In this document: positions 1-9,812 of the stretch, in pieces
Numbering within the stretch: position 1 is the stretch's first letter
Layout: each line of letters begins with the position of its first letter
NCBI GenBank assembly: GCA_026393975.1
Contig: JAPKZD010000003.1
Coordinates: forward strand, 161,814-225,813
Reading direction: 5' to 3'
Source: Candidatus Aminicenantes bacterium
GTDB taxonomy: Bacteria; Acidobacteriota; Aminicenantia; Aminicenantales; Saccharicenantaceae
DNA: 64,000 nucleotides
Position numbers and translations under genes: made by a program
Notes under the pieces: generated by a model
Database searches by the model: none
What the model saw: only the letters and a program-made list of their open reading frames with translations
Told to the model about the DNA's origin: nothing

Positions 1-801
1 GCTGCCCCTGACGTCGACCGTCAAAGTCAGCCGGCCGTCCCTATAGCGCTCGTCGAGAGTCGGCCGGGCGTCATAATCGCGGATGCGAACCTTGGGCGCG
101 GCATAGAGGTAAACGTCACGCTCGATCCCGGCCAGACGCCAGAAGTCTTGGCATTCGAGGTAGGAGCCGTCCGACCAGCGGTAGACCTCGGCGGCCAGGA
201 CGTTCTCCCCGGGCTTGAGGAAGCGGGTGATGTTCCACTCGGCGGGCGTTTTGGAATCCTTGCTGAAGCCGACCTTCTCGCCGTTGAGCCAGACGTAGAA
301 AGCCGATTTGACGGCGTCGAAATGTAGGAAGACGTCCATCCCGGTCCAATCGTCTGGGACCGTGAACGACCGGCGATAGGAACCGACCGGGTTGTGGTCA
401 TGCGGGACGAAGGGCGGTTTCGGGTTGCGGGCAAACTCGTAGGACATGTTGACGTAGATCGGTATGTCATAGCCTTGGAACGTCCAGTCCGAGGGGACGG
501 GGATGTCTTTCCAGCCGCCTACGTCGGTCGACGGCTTCCAGAAATCGAGGGGCCGGTCCGCCGGACAGGGCGACCAGTGGAATTTCCACGGCCCGTTGAG
601 GGAACGGTACCGGGGCGATTCCTTCGGGCCGATCCGGAGCGCCGTAGCGGCGTCGGGGAAGGGGACGAAGGTCGCTCGGGGAGCCTCAGTATTGACGCTG
701 AGGACGCGCGGGTTCTCCCAATCCTCCCGCCCCGTCTGCGATGGGGCCGTGGAAACGGCCAGCAGGCTGAGGCAAGCGATCATGACCGCCGTTCTTTTCA
801 T
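1..801 (-). CDS. Glycoside hydrolase family 2 (beta-galactosidase-like), N-terminal part; gene continues past the window start
   Basis: Reverse-complement translation from ATG at 801 gives MKRTAVMIACLSLLAVSTAPSQTGREDWENPRVLSVNTEAPRATFVPF..., a signal peptide followed by the GH2 N-terminal DWENP...L..N motif. The frame runs to position 1 with no stop. It is absent from the ORF track because it is truncated. Confidence 0.6.
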   Translation of the reverse strand, partial: MKRTAVMIACLSLLAVSTAPSQTGREDWENPRVLSVNTEAPRATFVPFPDAATALRIGPKESPRYRSLNGPWKFHWSPCPADRPLDFWKPSTDVGGWKDIPVPSDWTFQGYDIPIYVNMSYEFARNPKPPFVPHDHNPVGSYRRSFTVPDDWTGMDVFLHFDAVKSAFYVWLNGEKVGFSKDSKTPAEWNITRFLKPGENVLAAEVYRWSDGSYLECQDFWRLAGIERDVYLYAAPKVRIRDYDARPTLDERYRDGRLTLTVDVRGS

Positions 802-821
802 GGCTTTTCCTTTCGCGCCGA

Positions 822-1745
822 TCACGCCCCGGACCAGAGGTCCCGGGGATAGACGCCCGCGTCGACGAGCCCGAGGATGGCAGTCCGGAAGGCGGGCCGG
901 TCCTCGGGGTAGGTCACTCCGAACCAGCGTTCCCGCGTGGGCAGGATCCGGACCCTGGCCCGGCCCTCGCGAAGCAAGGCGCCAACCACCTCGGGGATAA
1001 GGAACTCCGCCTTCAGGACGGACGCGGCCCTCGTTCGGAGGAACTCGGGGAAGAGGGCCTCGAGCTCGGCGAAGAGGCCGGGAGTGAAGCCCCAGAAATT
1101 CATAGACGTCCAGCTCTCCGGGTCGAGGCGGGCCCAATCGGCGTCGTTCTCCGTGTGCTCGACGGCGTCCCCGAACTTGCGGATCTTCAGGAGCTCGCGG
1201 ATGCCGACGAGATAGCCCTCGGCCGTGGCCGCGCAGACGCCCCGGGCGACCGTGCCGTGCACGGAGAGCGTGTTGGCCAGCCGGTAGCCGACCATGGCGA
1301 ATTCGTGGACGCCCTTCGTGCCGGCGTCCCGGCCGAGATACCCGGCCATGGCCTCGAAGGCCGTCCGGCCGTAGTAGTCGTCGGCGTTGATGGCCAGAAA
1401 AGGGGTCCGAACGGAATCCTTGCACGTCAGAATGGCCTGGGCCGTGCCCCAGGGCTTTTTCCGCCCCTCGGGAACGACGAACCCCGGCGGGACCTGGTCC
1501 AGGGACTGGAAGACGTAGGCCGTGTCCGCGGCCCGCTCGATGCGCCGGCCGATCTTCTCCCGGAAGGCCTCTTCGATGTCCTTGCGGATGATGAAGACGA
1601 CCCGGCCGAACCCCGCACGGAGGGCGTCGAACACCGAATAATCGAGCACAACCTCGCCGCTCGGGCCGACGGGGTCGATCTGCTTTAATCCGCCGTAGCG
1701 GCTGCCGATGCCGGCCGCCATGACTACCAGGGTCAAAGACGACAT
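822..1745 (-). CDS. Sugar-phosphate nucleotidyltransferase family protein
   Basis: 307-aa ORF. N-terminus VVMAAGIGSRYGGLKQ matches the G-x-G-x-R nucleotidyltransferase motif of NDP-sugar pyrophosphorylases. Confidence 0.6.
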   Translation of the reverse strand: MSSLTLVVMAAGIGSRYGGLKQIDPVGPSGEVVLDYSVFDALRAGFGRVVFIIRKDIEEAFREKIGRRIERAADTAYVFQSLDQVPPGFVVPEGRKKPWGTAQAILTCKDSVRTPFLAINADDYYGRTAFEAMAGYLGRDAGTKGVHEFAMVGYRLANTLSVHGTVARGVCAATAEGYLVGIRELLKIRKFGDAVEHTENDADWARLDPESWTSMNFWGFTPGLFAELEALFPEFLRTRAASVLKAEFLIPEVVGALLREGRARVRILPTRERWFGVTYPEDRPAFRTAILGLVDAGVYPRDLWSGA

Positions 1746-1887
1746 GGAGCCTCCTTATCGAGGGTCGTTTTTCCGTATCTTAATGAATCGTCCGTCCTAG
1801 GTCAAACGTCCCTGCGAACAGGGGGCGGCCGGCTTTACTTGTCCCCGCCTATCCTATATTATTATTGAATATAAAGAAGGTGCGTAC

Positions 1888-2415
1888 ATGATCCGTTCGA
1901 CGACCGTTATCTGCGTCCGGCACAAAGGAAAAACGGCCATGGCCGCCGACGGCCAGGTGACCATGGGCCAGACCATCCTCAAGCAGACGGCCCAGAAGAT
2001 CCGCCGCCTGGCCAAGGGGGACGTCCTGGCCGGGTTCGCCGGGGCGACGTCGGACGCGTTCGCCCTGTTCACCCGGTTTGAGATAAAGCTCGAGGAATAC
2101 CGCGGCAACCTCTCCCGGTCGGCCATCGAGCTGGCCAAGGATTGGCGCATGGAAAAATCGCTCCGCCAACTCGACGCGCTCCTCGTCGTGGCCAACGCGG
2201 AGAACTCGCTCCTCATCTCCGGCACCGGGGACGTCGTCGAGCCCGACGACGGCATCATCGCCATCGGCTCCGGCGGGCCGTACGCCCTGGCCGCGGCCCG
2301 GGCCGTCATCCGGCACACCGACCTCGGCGCGCGGGAGATCGCCGCCGAAGCCCTGGGGATAAGCGCCGGGATCTGCGTCTACACGAACAACGAGATCATG
2401 GTCGAGGAGCTCTGA
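1888..2415 (+). CDS. hslV: ATP-dependent protease subunit HslV (CodW-like, short N-terminal extension before the TT nucleophile)
   Basis: 175 aa. [27 protein letters not shown] resembles B. subtilis CodW (MSSFHATTIFAVQHKG...). RBS AAGAAGG lies upstream. The stop abuts the hslU ATG. Confidence 0.9.
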   Translation: MIRSTTVICVRHKGKTAMAADGQVTMGQTILKQTAQKIRRLAKGDVLAGFAGATSDAFALFTRFEIKLEEYRGNLSRSAIELAKDWRMEKSLRQLDALLVVANAENSLLISGTGDVVEPDDGIIAIGSGGPYALAAARAVIRHTDLGAREIAAEALGISAGICVYTNNEIMVEEL

Positions 2416-3807
2416 ATGCCCATCGTCCTCCCCGAGACGTTCGAAAGGCCCGCGGCCGATATCCCCGACGCGGAGCTCACCCCTCGGGAGATCGTGGCCG
2501 AGCTCGACAAGCACATCATCGGCCAAAAGGCGGCCAAGAAGGCCGTGGCCATCGCCCTGCGGAACCGTTTCCGCAGGCGCAAGCTGCCCCCCGCCCTGGC
2601 CGACGAGATCGCGCCCAAGAACATCCTCATGATCGGCCCCACCGGAGTCGGGAAAACGGAGATCAGCAGGCGGCTGGCTAAGTTGACCTCCTCGCCTTTC
2701 CTCAAGATCGAGGCCAGCAAGTTCACCGAGGTCGGCTATGTCGGCCGGGACGTCGAATCCATGATCCGGGACCTCGTCCGCATGTCCGTCGACATGGTCA
2801 AGCAGGAGAAGGTCGCCGAGATCGTGGAGAAAGCCAGGGCCAACGCCGAGGAAAAGCTCCTGGACATCCTCCTGTCTCCGCCCAAGAAGCGCGACGACGC
2901 GAACGGCGAGGAGGACGACTCGAAATTCCACGACACTCGGGAGAAATTGCGGGCCCAGCTCCGCGACGGGCTCCTCGAGGATCGGCCGGTCGACGTCGAG
3001 GTCAAGGAAAAGACAACGCCGCCCCTCGAGGTCGTTTCGAACTCCGGGGTCGAGGAGATCGGATTCCAGATCCAGGAGTTCCTCCCGGGCTTCCTGGGCG
3101 GCCGGATGAAGAGGCGGCGGATGAAGATCAAGGAAGCGCGGGAGGTCATCCTCGAGGAAGAGGAAAAGCGCCTCGTCGACATGGACCAGGTCTCCCGCCT
3201 GGCCATCGAGCGCGTCGAGCAGTCGGGCATCATCTTCCTCGACGAGGTCGACAAGATCGCCGGCCGGGAGTCCGGACACGGGCCCGACGTCAGCCGCGAG
3301 GGCGTCCAGCGCGACCTCCTGCCGATCATCGAGGGCACGACGGTCAACACGCGCTTCGGGCTCGTCCGGACCGACCACATCCTGTTCATCGGCGCCGGCG
3401 CCTTCCACGTCTCCAAGCCCTCCGACCTCATCCCCGAGCTCCAGGGCCGGTTCCCGATCCGCGTCGAGCTCACGCCGCTCGGCAAGGACGACTTCGTGCG
3501 CATCCTGACCGAGCCGCAGAACGCTTTGATCCGCCAGTACGAGGCCCTCATGGCCACGGAGGGTGTGACCGTCTCCTACACCCCGGATGCCGTCGACGAG
3601 ATCGCCGACGTTGCCGAAAAGGTCAACGCCGACGCCGAGAACATCGGGGCCCGCCGCCTCCACACCGTCGTCGAAAAAGTCATGGAGGACATCTCTTTCG
3701 CCGCCCCGGACATCGCCGAGAAGACCCTCCGGATCGACCGGGAGTACGTCCGGGAACACCTTAAAGACATCCTCGAAAACCAGGACCTGCGGCGTTTCAT
3801 CCTGTGA
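2416..3807 (+). CDS. hslU: ATP-dependent protease ATPase subunit HslU
   Basis: 463 aa. [20 protein letters not shown] and the Walker [11 protein letters not shown] are present. Confidence 0.95.
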   Translation: MPIVLPETFERPAADIPDAELTPREIVAELDKHIIGQKAAKKAVAIALRNRFRRRKLPPALADEIAPKNILMIGPTGVGKTEISRRLAKLTSSPFLKIEASKFTEVGYVGRDVESMIRDLVRMSVDMVKQEKVAEIVEKARANAEEKLLDILLSPPKKRDDANGEEDDSKFHDTREKLRAQLRDGLLEDRPVDVEVKEKTTPPLEVVSNSGVEEIGFQIQEFLPGFLGGRMKRRRMKIKEAREVILEEEEKRLVDMDQVSRLAIERVEQSGIIFLDEVDKIAGRESGHGPDVSREGVQRDLLPIIEGTTVNTRFGLVRTDHILFIGAGAFHVSKPSDLIPELQGRFPIRVELTPLGKDDFVRILTEPQNALIRQYEALMATEGVTVSYTPDAVDEIADVAEKVNADAENIGARRLHTVVEKVMEDISFAAPDIAEKTLRIDREYVREHLKDILENQDLRRFIL

Positions 3808-4904
3808 TGGCCAGACCGTTCGCGACGCTCATCCTCGGTTTGTTGATCGTCGCCGGCTTGGCCTGCGGCCGGAAGGGGCCGCTCGAGGTCCCCGCGGGAC
3901 GTGAGCCCATGGCTGTCGAAGGATTGACGGCTCTCCAGCGCGGCCAGGTCGTATACTTGGAATGGACGAACCCGGTCAAGGCCGTCTCCGGCCGCCCCCT
4001 GACGGTCCTCGAAACCGTCGAGATCTGGGTCTTCGACCGGGGCCTTCCGCCCGGCGGCGGTGCTCTCCCCTCGGCCGAGGTCGAAAAAAAAGCCCGCCTG
4101 GCCCGGCGGATCCCCAAAGAGGAGTTCGGGAGTTTCCGAAGCCGTTCCGGCGCGCGCGAGTCCGGGATGAACTTTCCCTTCGTCTTCGACCCGGGCCCCG
4201 CAGGCCCGAAGAGCCTGGCCTTCGCCGTCCGGGTCATCGACTCCAAAAAGCGCGCCTCGGATTTCGCCGTGCCGGCCGCCGTGAACATCCGGGCCTGTCC
4301 GAAACCCCCGCGATCCGTAGACGTCCGCGTCTTTCCGGACTTCATCGAGGTCGGCTGGCTTGCCCCCGACTCGAACACCGACGGGACGCGGCCGGAGAAC
4401 GTGGGCGGCTACGCCGTCTACCGCTACGAAGGGGACGGTCCGAAACGCAAGCTGGCGCTCCTGCCCGCCGACGAGATCAGATTCGAAGACCGGGATTTCG
4501 AGTTCGGCAAAGCCTATGGCTATTTCGTCCGGGCCGTTGCCGCCGGGACGGAGGGCGCGGTCGAAAGCGGCGATTCGCATGCCGCGGAAATCGTTTCGCG
4601 CGACGTTTTTCCGCCCGCCGCGCCTACCGGCCTGGTCGCCCTCGCCGGCGAGGGCCTCGTCTCCCTGATCTGGTGTCCGGCGAAGGAGCGCGACCTCGAC
4701 GGCTACAGAGTCTGGAGAAAAGAGGCCGGCGGCCCGGCCTTCGGTGCCCTCGGCGGCGGACTCGTCCGGGAGAACACGTTCACCGACCGGTTGGCCGCGA
4801 AAGGCGTGTCCTATATCTACGCGGTCAGCGCCGTCGATCGGACTGGGAACGAGAGCCCGAAGTCGGAAGGATCGGCCGTCGTCGTGAAAGGAGCGAGGCC
4901 TTGA
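3807..4904 (+). CDS. Lipoprotein with Fn3-like repeats, unknown function
   Basis: ATG at 3807 overlaps the hslU TGA (TGATG). Lipobox LIVAGLAC. Two segments resemble fibronectin-III-like folds (..YLEWTNP.., ..YAVYRYEG.., ..LIWCP..YRVWRK..). Confidence 0.5.
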   Translation: MARPFATLILGLLIVAGLACGRKGPLEVPAGREPMAVEGLTALQRGQVVYLEWTNPVKAVSGRPLTVLETVEIWVFDRGLPPGGGALPSAEVEKKARLARRIPKEEFGSFRSRSGARESGMNFPFVFDPGPAGPKSLAFAVRVIDSKKRASDFAVPAAVNIRACPKPPRSVDVRVFPDFIEVGWLAPDSNTDGTRPENVGGYAVYRYEGDGPKRKLALLPADEIRFEDRDFEFGKAYGYFVRAVAAGTEGAVESGDSHAAEIVSRDVFPPAAPTGLVALAGEGLVSLIWCPAKERDLDGYRVWRKEAGGPAFGALGGGLVRENTFTDRLAAKGVSYIYAVSAVDRTGNESPKSEGSAVVVKGARP

Positions 4905-5680
4905 AGATCTACCGGTTCATGTACCGCAAGCGCATCCTCACCGGTATTTTGAAGGAGGAGTTCCTCTTCCCGATCGTCGGGTCGGTCTTCGGCGACTTCA
5001 AGATCGGGACGAGCCCCGTCCCCATCAGCGAAGTCCGGGTCTTGCCGCCGGTCCTGCCGACGAAGGTCATCGGCATCGGCCGCAACTATCGGGATCATGC
5101 CCAGGAATTGGGGAATCCCGTGCCCGAGGAGCCGCTGATTTTCCTCAAGCCGTCGACGGCCGTCATCGGCCATCTGGACAGGATCGTCCATCCGGCCATG
5201 GCCGGCCGCGTCGACTACGAAGGGGAGGTCGCCGTCGTCATCAAGAAAAAAGCCCGCGGGCTCGGCGACGACGCTCCCGTTTCCGACTTCATCCTGGGCT
5301 ACGCGTGTTTCAACGACGTCACGGCACGGGACCTACAGAAGAAGGATGTCCAGTTCACCCGGGCCAAGTCCTTCGACACGTTCGCCGCCCTCGGGCCCTG
5401 CGTGGCTACGGGCCTCGACCCGGCGGCGCTCCACCTGAAGACGTTCCTCAACGGCAAGCTGGTCCAAACGGGGAACACGGCCAACTTCATCTTTTCCGTC
5501 CCGTCCCTCGTCCGGTTCCTCTCCCGGGTCATGACCCTGAACCCCGGCGACATCATCGCCACGGGCACGCCCGCCGGGGTCGGCCCCATGACGCCCGGCG
5601 ACCGGGTGGACGTGCAGGTCGAGGGGATCGGCGTGCTCTCGAACACCTACGCCCGTTCAAGCGATAAGGAGGACACATGA
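4901..5680 (+). CDS. Fumarylacetoacetate hydrolase (FAH) family protein
   Basis: TTG at 4901 follows a GGAG RBS and overlaps the upstream stop (TTGA). An alternative ATG lies at 4919. FAH motifs [24 protein letters not shown] and [10 protein letters not shown] are present. Confidence 0.75.
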   Translation: MKIYRFMYRKRILTGILKEEFLFPIVGSVFGDFKIGTSPVPISEVRVLPPVLPTKVIGIGRNYRDHAQELGNPVPEEPLIFLKPSTAVIGHLDRIVHPAMAGRVDYEGEVAVVIKKKARGLGDDAPVSDFILGYACFNDVTARDLQKKDVQFTRAKSFDTFAALGPCVATGLDPAALHLKTFLNGKLVQTGNTANFIFSVPSLVRFLSRVMTLNPGDIIATGTPAGVGPMTPGDRVDVQVEGIGVLSNTYARSSDKEDT

Positions 5681-6321
5681 AGCTGTTCCTGGATTCAGCC
5701 AACCTGGAGGAGATCCGCGAAGTCGCGAGCTGGGGGGTCCTCGACGGGGTGACGACCAACCCGTCGCTCTGCTCCAAGGAGAATGCGACCTTCGAAGACA
5801 ACATCCGCGCCATCTGCGCCGTCTGCGCCGGACCCGTCAGCGCCGAGTGCGTCTCGCTCCGCGCCGACGAGATCGTCGTTGAGGGCCGCGGCCTGGCCCG
5901 GATCGCGCCCAACGTCGCGGTCAAGATCCCGATCTGCCTGGAGGGCCTCAAGGCGACGAAAACGCTACACGCCGAGGGCGTCCCGGTCAACATGACCCTC
6001 ATCTTCTCCGCGAGCCAGGCCCTCCTCGCCGCCAAGGCGGGGGCCCGCTTCGTCAGTCCCTTCATCGGGCGCCTTGATGACGCCTCCGAGGACGGCATGG
6101 CCCTCATCGAGGAGATCGTCCAGATCTTCGAGAACTACCGCTTCGAAACCGAGGTCATCGTGGCCAGCGTCCGCCACCCGCGGCACGTCGTCGAGGCGGC
6201 CCTCGTCGGGGCCGACATCGCTACGGTCCCTTACGGAGTCATGGAAAAGCTGGTCAAGCATCCGCTGACGGACATCGGTATCGAACGGTTCCTCGCCGAC
6301 TGGAGGAAGGTTAGGAAGTGA
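5677..6321 (+). CDS. tal: Transaldolase / fructose-6-phosphate aldolase (TalC/Fsa type)
   Basis: 214 aa. [13 protein letters not shown]...GVTTNPSL...VKIP matches the short transaldolase family. The ATG overlaps the upstream TGA. Confidence 0.85.
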   Translation: MKLFLDSANLEEIREVASWGVLDGVTTNPSLCSKENATFEDNIRAICAVCAGPVSAECVSLRADEIVVEGRGLARIAPNVAVKIPICLEGLKATKTLHAEGVPVNMTLIFSASQALLAAKAGARFVSPFIGRLDDASEDGMALIEEIVQIFENYRFETEVIVASVRHPRHVVEAALVGADIATVPYGVMEKLVKHPLTDIGIERFLADWRKVRK

Positions 6322-9300
6322 GACTCCACTCCATCTTCCGGATCCGCGAACACGTCCGGGTCCTCGTCCAGAAAGTCTGGAGGGTCACGGTGTTCCTCCT
6401 CGTCCTGGGCGTCCTCTTCTCGAGTCTGGTTGTCGGCAAGAACGTCTTCCTGGGCGAAGTCCGCAAGGAGATCCGCAAGTCGTTCGCCTACGACAGCATG
6501 AAGCTGTCCTATTTTCCGCCCGCCCTTGTCCTCGAGAACGTCCGCTCCCTCGCCGGCCCGCCGACCTTCCGGGCCCGCCGGGTCAGGGTCGAGGTCCCGT
6601 ACCTCTCCCTCCTGCGGAACCGCAAGGTCCTGTCCGTCACTCTCGATTCTCCCGTGCTCCGTCTCGCTCCGGCGGCCCCTGGCGCGCCGCGTCCGAAAGC
6701 AGGAAGCCTGCGGTCCGCTTTCTCGCTTCCTTTCATTATTGAAAGGGGGCTCGTCGAGAACGGTTCGGTGTCCTTCGAAACCGGCGCGGCGACGGTCGAG
6801 GTCCGGGGGCTCCGGGCGCTCGTCACCCAGAGCGGCGAGGAGTTCACCGTCCGGGCGACGGCCGCGCGGAGCGGCTACTCGTCCCCCGCCCAAAACCTTG
6901 ACTTAGGCGGGGCCCTCACGGTCCTTCTCTCCGGCCGGGGCGAAACGGTGAAGATCGACCGGCTGACGGTCGAAGGGCCCGACGTCGCCCTCCAGGTGGA
7001 AGGCAGCATCCGGAATTTCCTTGACCCTGAGGTCGAGCTGGACGCCCGTTTCGATATCGAGAGCGCTTTTCTCGACGCGGCCCTCCGCATGCCCTTTGAA
7101 TGGAAAGGAAAGATCGGCGGGGAGGGGAAGCTTCGGCGCAGGAGCGGTGAGCTCACCTTCGAGACGAGCCTCGTCTCGGACGCCCTGGTGCTTTGCGGCT
7201 TGCCCATGGGTAAAATCCGGGGCCGCTTCGACTTCGCGCCCGGCACAGGCGGCCGGGTCGAGATCGCCATCCAGAAGCCCGGACTTCCCGCCGAGGGCTT
7301 GAGCCTGACCTTCCTTCATGGCCGGGTCGAGGGCCGGGCCGCCCCGATTTTCGTCGACCCGGTTTTCCGCGAGATCAAGATCCCCTGGCCTGTCAAATCT
7401 CCCGTCTGGGGGACCTTTACCCTCGAGAACCGCAAGCTCGCTGTCGACGCCGAATTCCGCGACACGTCGCTCGTGAGGCGGGGGGACCGGTTTTCCTTCC
7501 GGGGAGGCGCCAAGGTCGGCGTCGACTTCGCCACCCACAACGTTTCCGTCCAGACTCCCGGCCTCGAATCGAACTTCGGCCGTCTCGAAGCGTCTGCCGC
7601 AATCGACCTCGCCGGCGACATCGACGCGAGGATCCGGGGACAGGTCTTCGACGTCAAGGAGACGCGGGAATTCGTCTCCCTCGCCCTCAACCAGACGTTC
7701 GGCTTCGGCGAGATCCGGGGCGCGGGATACGCCGACGTCCGGCTCAGCGGAAGGTCCAATTCCCCGACCGTTTCTCTCAAGGGCACGCTGTCCCCCGGCG
7801 GCTTCGATCTCTTCGACGCCGCCTTCGTCGAGACGGACGCCGTCCTCTCGGGAGGCGGATTCGATGGGACGTTCGATATCGACGACCCCGAGCTCAAGGG
7901 CCGGGTCCGGGTCAGGACCGGAGGGGGGACGCTCGAGGTGGACGTCAAGGACGGGGAGGGGGAGCTGGCCAAGATCCTGCCCGCCCTGGAGGTTCCCGTT
8001 TCCCTCTCCGGCCGGGCTTCGGGCGATTTCCGGATGGTCCAAAATGCCGCCGGCCAGGAATTTTCGGGGAGCTTCACCAGCCCCGAGATCACGGGCTACA
8101 ACGAGAAGGCCGGCCGTGTATCAGGCCGCCTCGAGTGGAAGGACGGCATTCTGTCGTTCCCCGAGTTGGCCATGGATTTCTACGGTGGACGCTTTAACGG
8201 CCGGTTGCTCGTCGGGGTCGTCAACGGCGAGTTCGACTTCGACCTCCGCGGCGAGGAGCTCGATTTCCACCAGGTCGTCTCGGCGGCGAGCGGCCGGCTG
8301 TCCCTGTCCCTCGCCGGCCGCGGCGTCTTCGGCCGGGACAAGCTCGGCGGCCTATTCAACATCAAGGATATGCTCCTCTCTCCCCTTGAGAAGACGGAGG
8401 CCCGGGGCGATCTCCAGCTGGATGTCGCCGGCGGGCATGTCCTCCTCGGCCTCAAGGGCGGCCTCGTCCCGGGCGAAAACCCGTTCGAAGCCTCCTTTGA
8501 TTTCCCTCTTTCTGGCGGGCTTTACTCGGGGGTCGTCAAGGGCCGGATCGGCACTCTCGACCTCGTCTGGCCCTGGTACGGCGCCCAGGGGCGTTTGGAT
8601 TACACGGCCGACGTCAAGGAGACCGAAACAAAAGCGAAGGTCACCGTCACTCTCGACGTCGAGGCCCCGGTCATGCTTCTCCCGAAATTCGCCTATGCCA
8701 TAACCGATTTCACCGCCTCCGGGAACTACCGCGACGACGTCCTGACCATCACGTCGATCGGCGGCAAGCTTGGCGGGGGCGACGTCCGCGGCTCCGGCGA
8801 GGTCGGGATCGGCGACAACGGCATCGCCACGATGGACCTGCGCTTCGAGGGCAAGGACATGGTCCTCTCGCCCATGGAACGGATGCGGGCCCAGGTCGAC
8901 GCGACGCTCCGCCTGTTCAAGGACAAGAAGCGCTTTGTCACCGAAGGGGAGTTCCTGTTCAAGCGGCTGACCTGGCGTCGCGAGATCTACGAGGAGTTCG
9001 GATTCTACTCGACAGTCGAGCCGGTGGCGGACACGGGGCCCTCGTTTTTCGACGGCATGTCCCTGAACATCCGCCTCCGGGCCGACGAGAACATGGTCAT
9101 CGAGAACTCTCTGGGTAAGTTCAACGGCCGGTTCAACCTGACCGCGACCGGCGCTTTCGACTCGCCCGTCCTCCTCGGCGACATCGACCTCGTGAGCGGC
9201 GACTTTTATTTTCAGGACCGGAGCTTCCGGGTGATCAACGGACGCCTGAGCTTCGTCGACCCGATCAAGACGGAGCCCTACCTCGACTTCCGCGGCGAGA

Positions 9301-9812
9301 CCTACGTCAAGGACTACCGCGTGACCCTGAATATGAGCGGCCTGATCAGCCGTCTCAAGCCGGAGTTCTCCTCCTCGCCGCCCCTGCCGCCCGAGGAGAT
9401 AATGTCCCTGCTCGCCCTGGGCGAAGCCTTCAAGCGGACGTACTATTCCTATTCCGGCGACCGCAGCACGGCTATGAACACGGCCTCCCTCCTGACCTTT
9501 CAGATCGCCGACCAGGCCAGGAGAAGGACGTCCGGCGGCCTCTTCTCCTTGGACCGTTTCCGGATCGACCCCTACGTCCCGGAAAGCGCACCGGGCGGCA
9601 TCGCCGCCCGGATCACCGTGGGTAAGAAGATATCCCGGAACCTCATCTTCATCTATTCGACGATCCTGGCCAACTCCACCGTCATGGCCGAGATCGACGA
9701 AGTCCCGATCTTCCGCATGGAATGGGACATCAGCAGGAAGTTCTCGCTCGTCGGCGGGCGGGACGACCGGGGAAGGCTGAGTTTCGATGTCAAGTACCGT
9801 AAGCGCTTCTAG
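6318..9812 (+). CDS. tamB: TamB/AsmA-like translocation and assembly module protein
   Basis: 1164 aa. It has an N-terminal TM anchor, a long beta-rich body, and a DUF490-like C-terminus ending ..KYRKRF. The GTG start overlaps the tal stop (GTGA). Confidence 0.7.
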   Translation: MRLHSIFRIREHVRVLVQKVWRVTVFLLVLGVLFSSLVVGKNVFLGEVRKEIRKSFAYDSMKLSYFPPALVLENVRSLAGPPTFRARRVRVEVPYLSLLRNRKVLSVTLDSPVLRLAPAAPGAPRPKAGSLRSAFSLPFIIERGLVENGSVSFETGAATVEVRGLRALVTQSGEEFTVRATAARSGYSSPAQNLDLGGALTVLLSGRGETVKIDRLTVEGPDVALQVEGSIRNFLDPEVELDARFDIESAFLDAALRMPFEWKGKIGGEGKLRRRSGELTFETSLVSDALVLCGLPMGKIRGRFDFAPGTGGRVEIAIQKPGLPAEGLSLTFLHGRVEGRAAPIFVDPVFREIKIPWPVKSPVWGTFTLENRKLAVDAEFRDTSLVRRGDRFSFRGGAKVGVDFATHNVSVQTPGLESNFGRLEASAAIDLAGDIDARIRGQVFDVKETREFVSLALNQTFGFGEIRGAGYADVRLSGRSNSPTVSLKGTLSPGGFDLFDAAFVETDAVLSGGGFDGTFDIDDPELKGRVRVRTGGGTLEVDVKDGEGELAKILPALEVPVSLSGRASGDFRMVQNAAGQEFSGSFTSPEITGYNEKAGRVSGRLEWKDGILSFPELAMDFYGGRFNGRLLVGVVNGEFDFDLRGEELDFHQVVSAASGRLSLSLAGRGVFGRDKLGGLFNIKDMLLSPLEKTEARGDLQLDVAGGHVLLGLKGGLVPGENPFEASFDFPLSGGLYSGVVKGRIGTLDLVWPWYGAQGRLDYTADVKETETKAKVTVTLDVEAPVMLLPKFAYAITDFTASGNYRDDVLTITSIGGKLGGGDVRGSGEVGIGDNGIATMDLRFEGKDMVLSPMERMRAQVDATLRLFKDKKRFVTEGEFLFKRLTWRREIYEEFGFYSTVEPVADTGPSFFDGMSLNIRLRADENMVIENSLGKFNGRFNLTATGAFDSPVLLGDIDLVSGDFYFQDRSFRVINGRLSFVDPIKTEPYLDFRGETYVKDYRVTLNMSGLISRLKPEFSSSPPLPPEEIMSLLALGEAFKRTYYSYSGDRSTAMNTASLLTFQIADQARRRTSGGLFSLDRFRIDPYVPESAPGGIAARITVGKKISRNLIFIYSTILANSTVMAEIDEVPIFRMEWDISRKFSLVGGRDDRGRLSFDVKYRKRF

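Noticed and set aside
1849-3759. 636-aa minus-strand ORF antisense to hslV/hslU, and similar long antisense ORFs (for example 8352..9995, 17543..19945, 35194..36330, 36867..38426, 45534..46790, 51831..52736)
   Set aside because: Long stop-free antisense frames are expected in GC-rich DNA. These lie opposite strongly supported genes, and their products are low-complexity Arg/Gly/Asp/Pro-rich with no motifs.
3962-5680. 572-aa ORF extending the FAH gene ~940 nt upstream
   Set aside because: The upstream part is an Arg/Pro-rich out-of-frame read-through of the lipoprotein gene. The FAH homology and an RBS-preceded start begin at 4901/4919.
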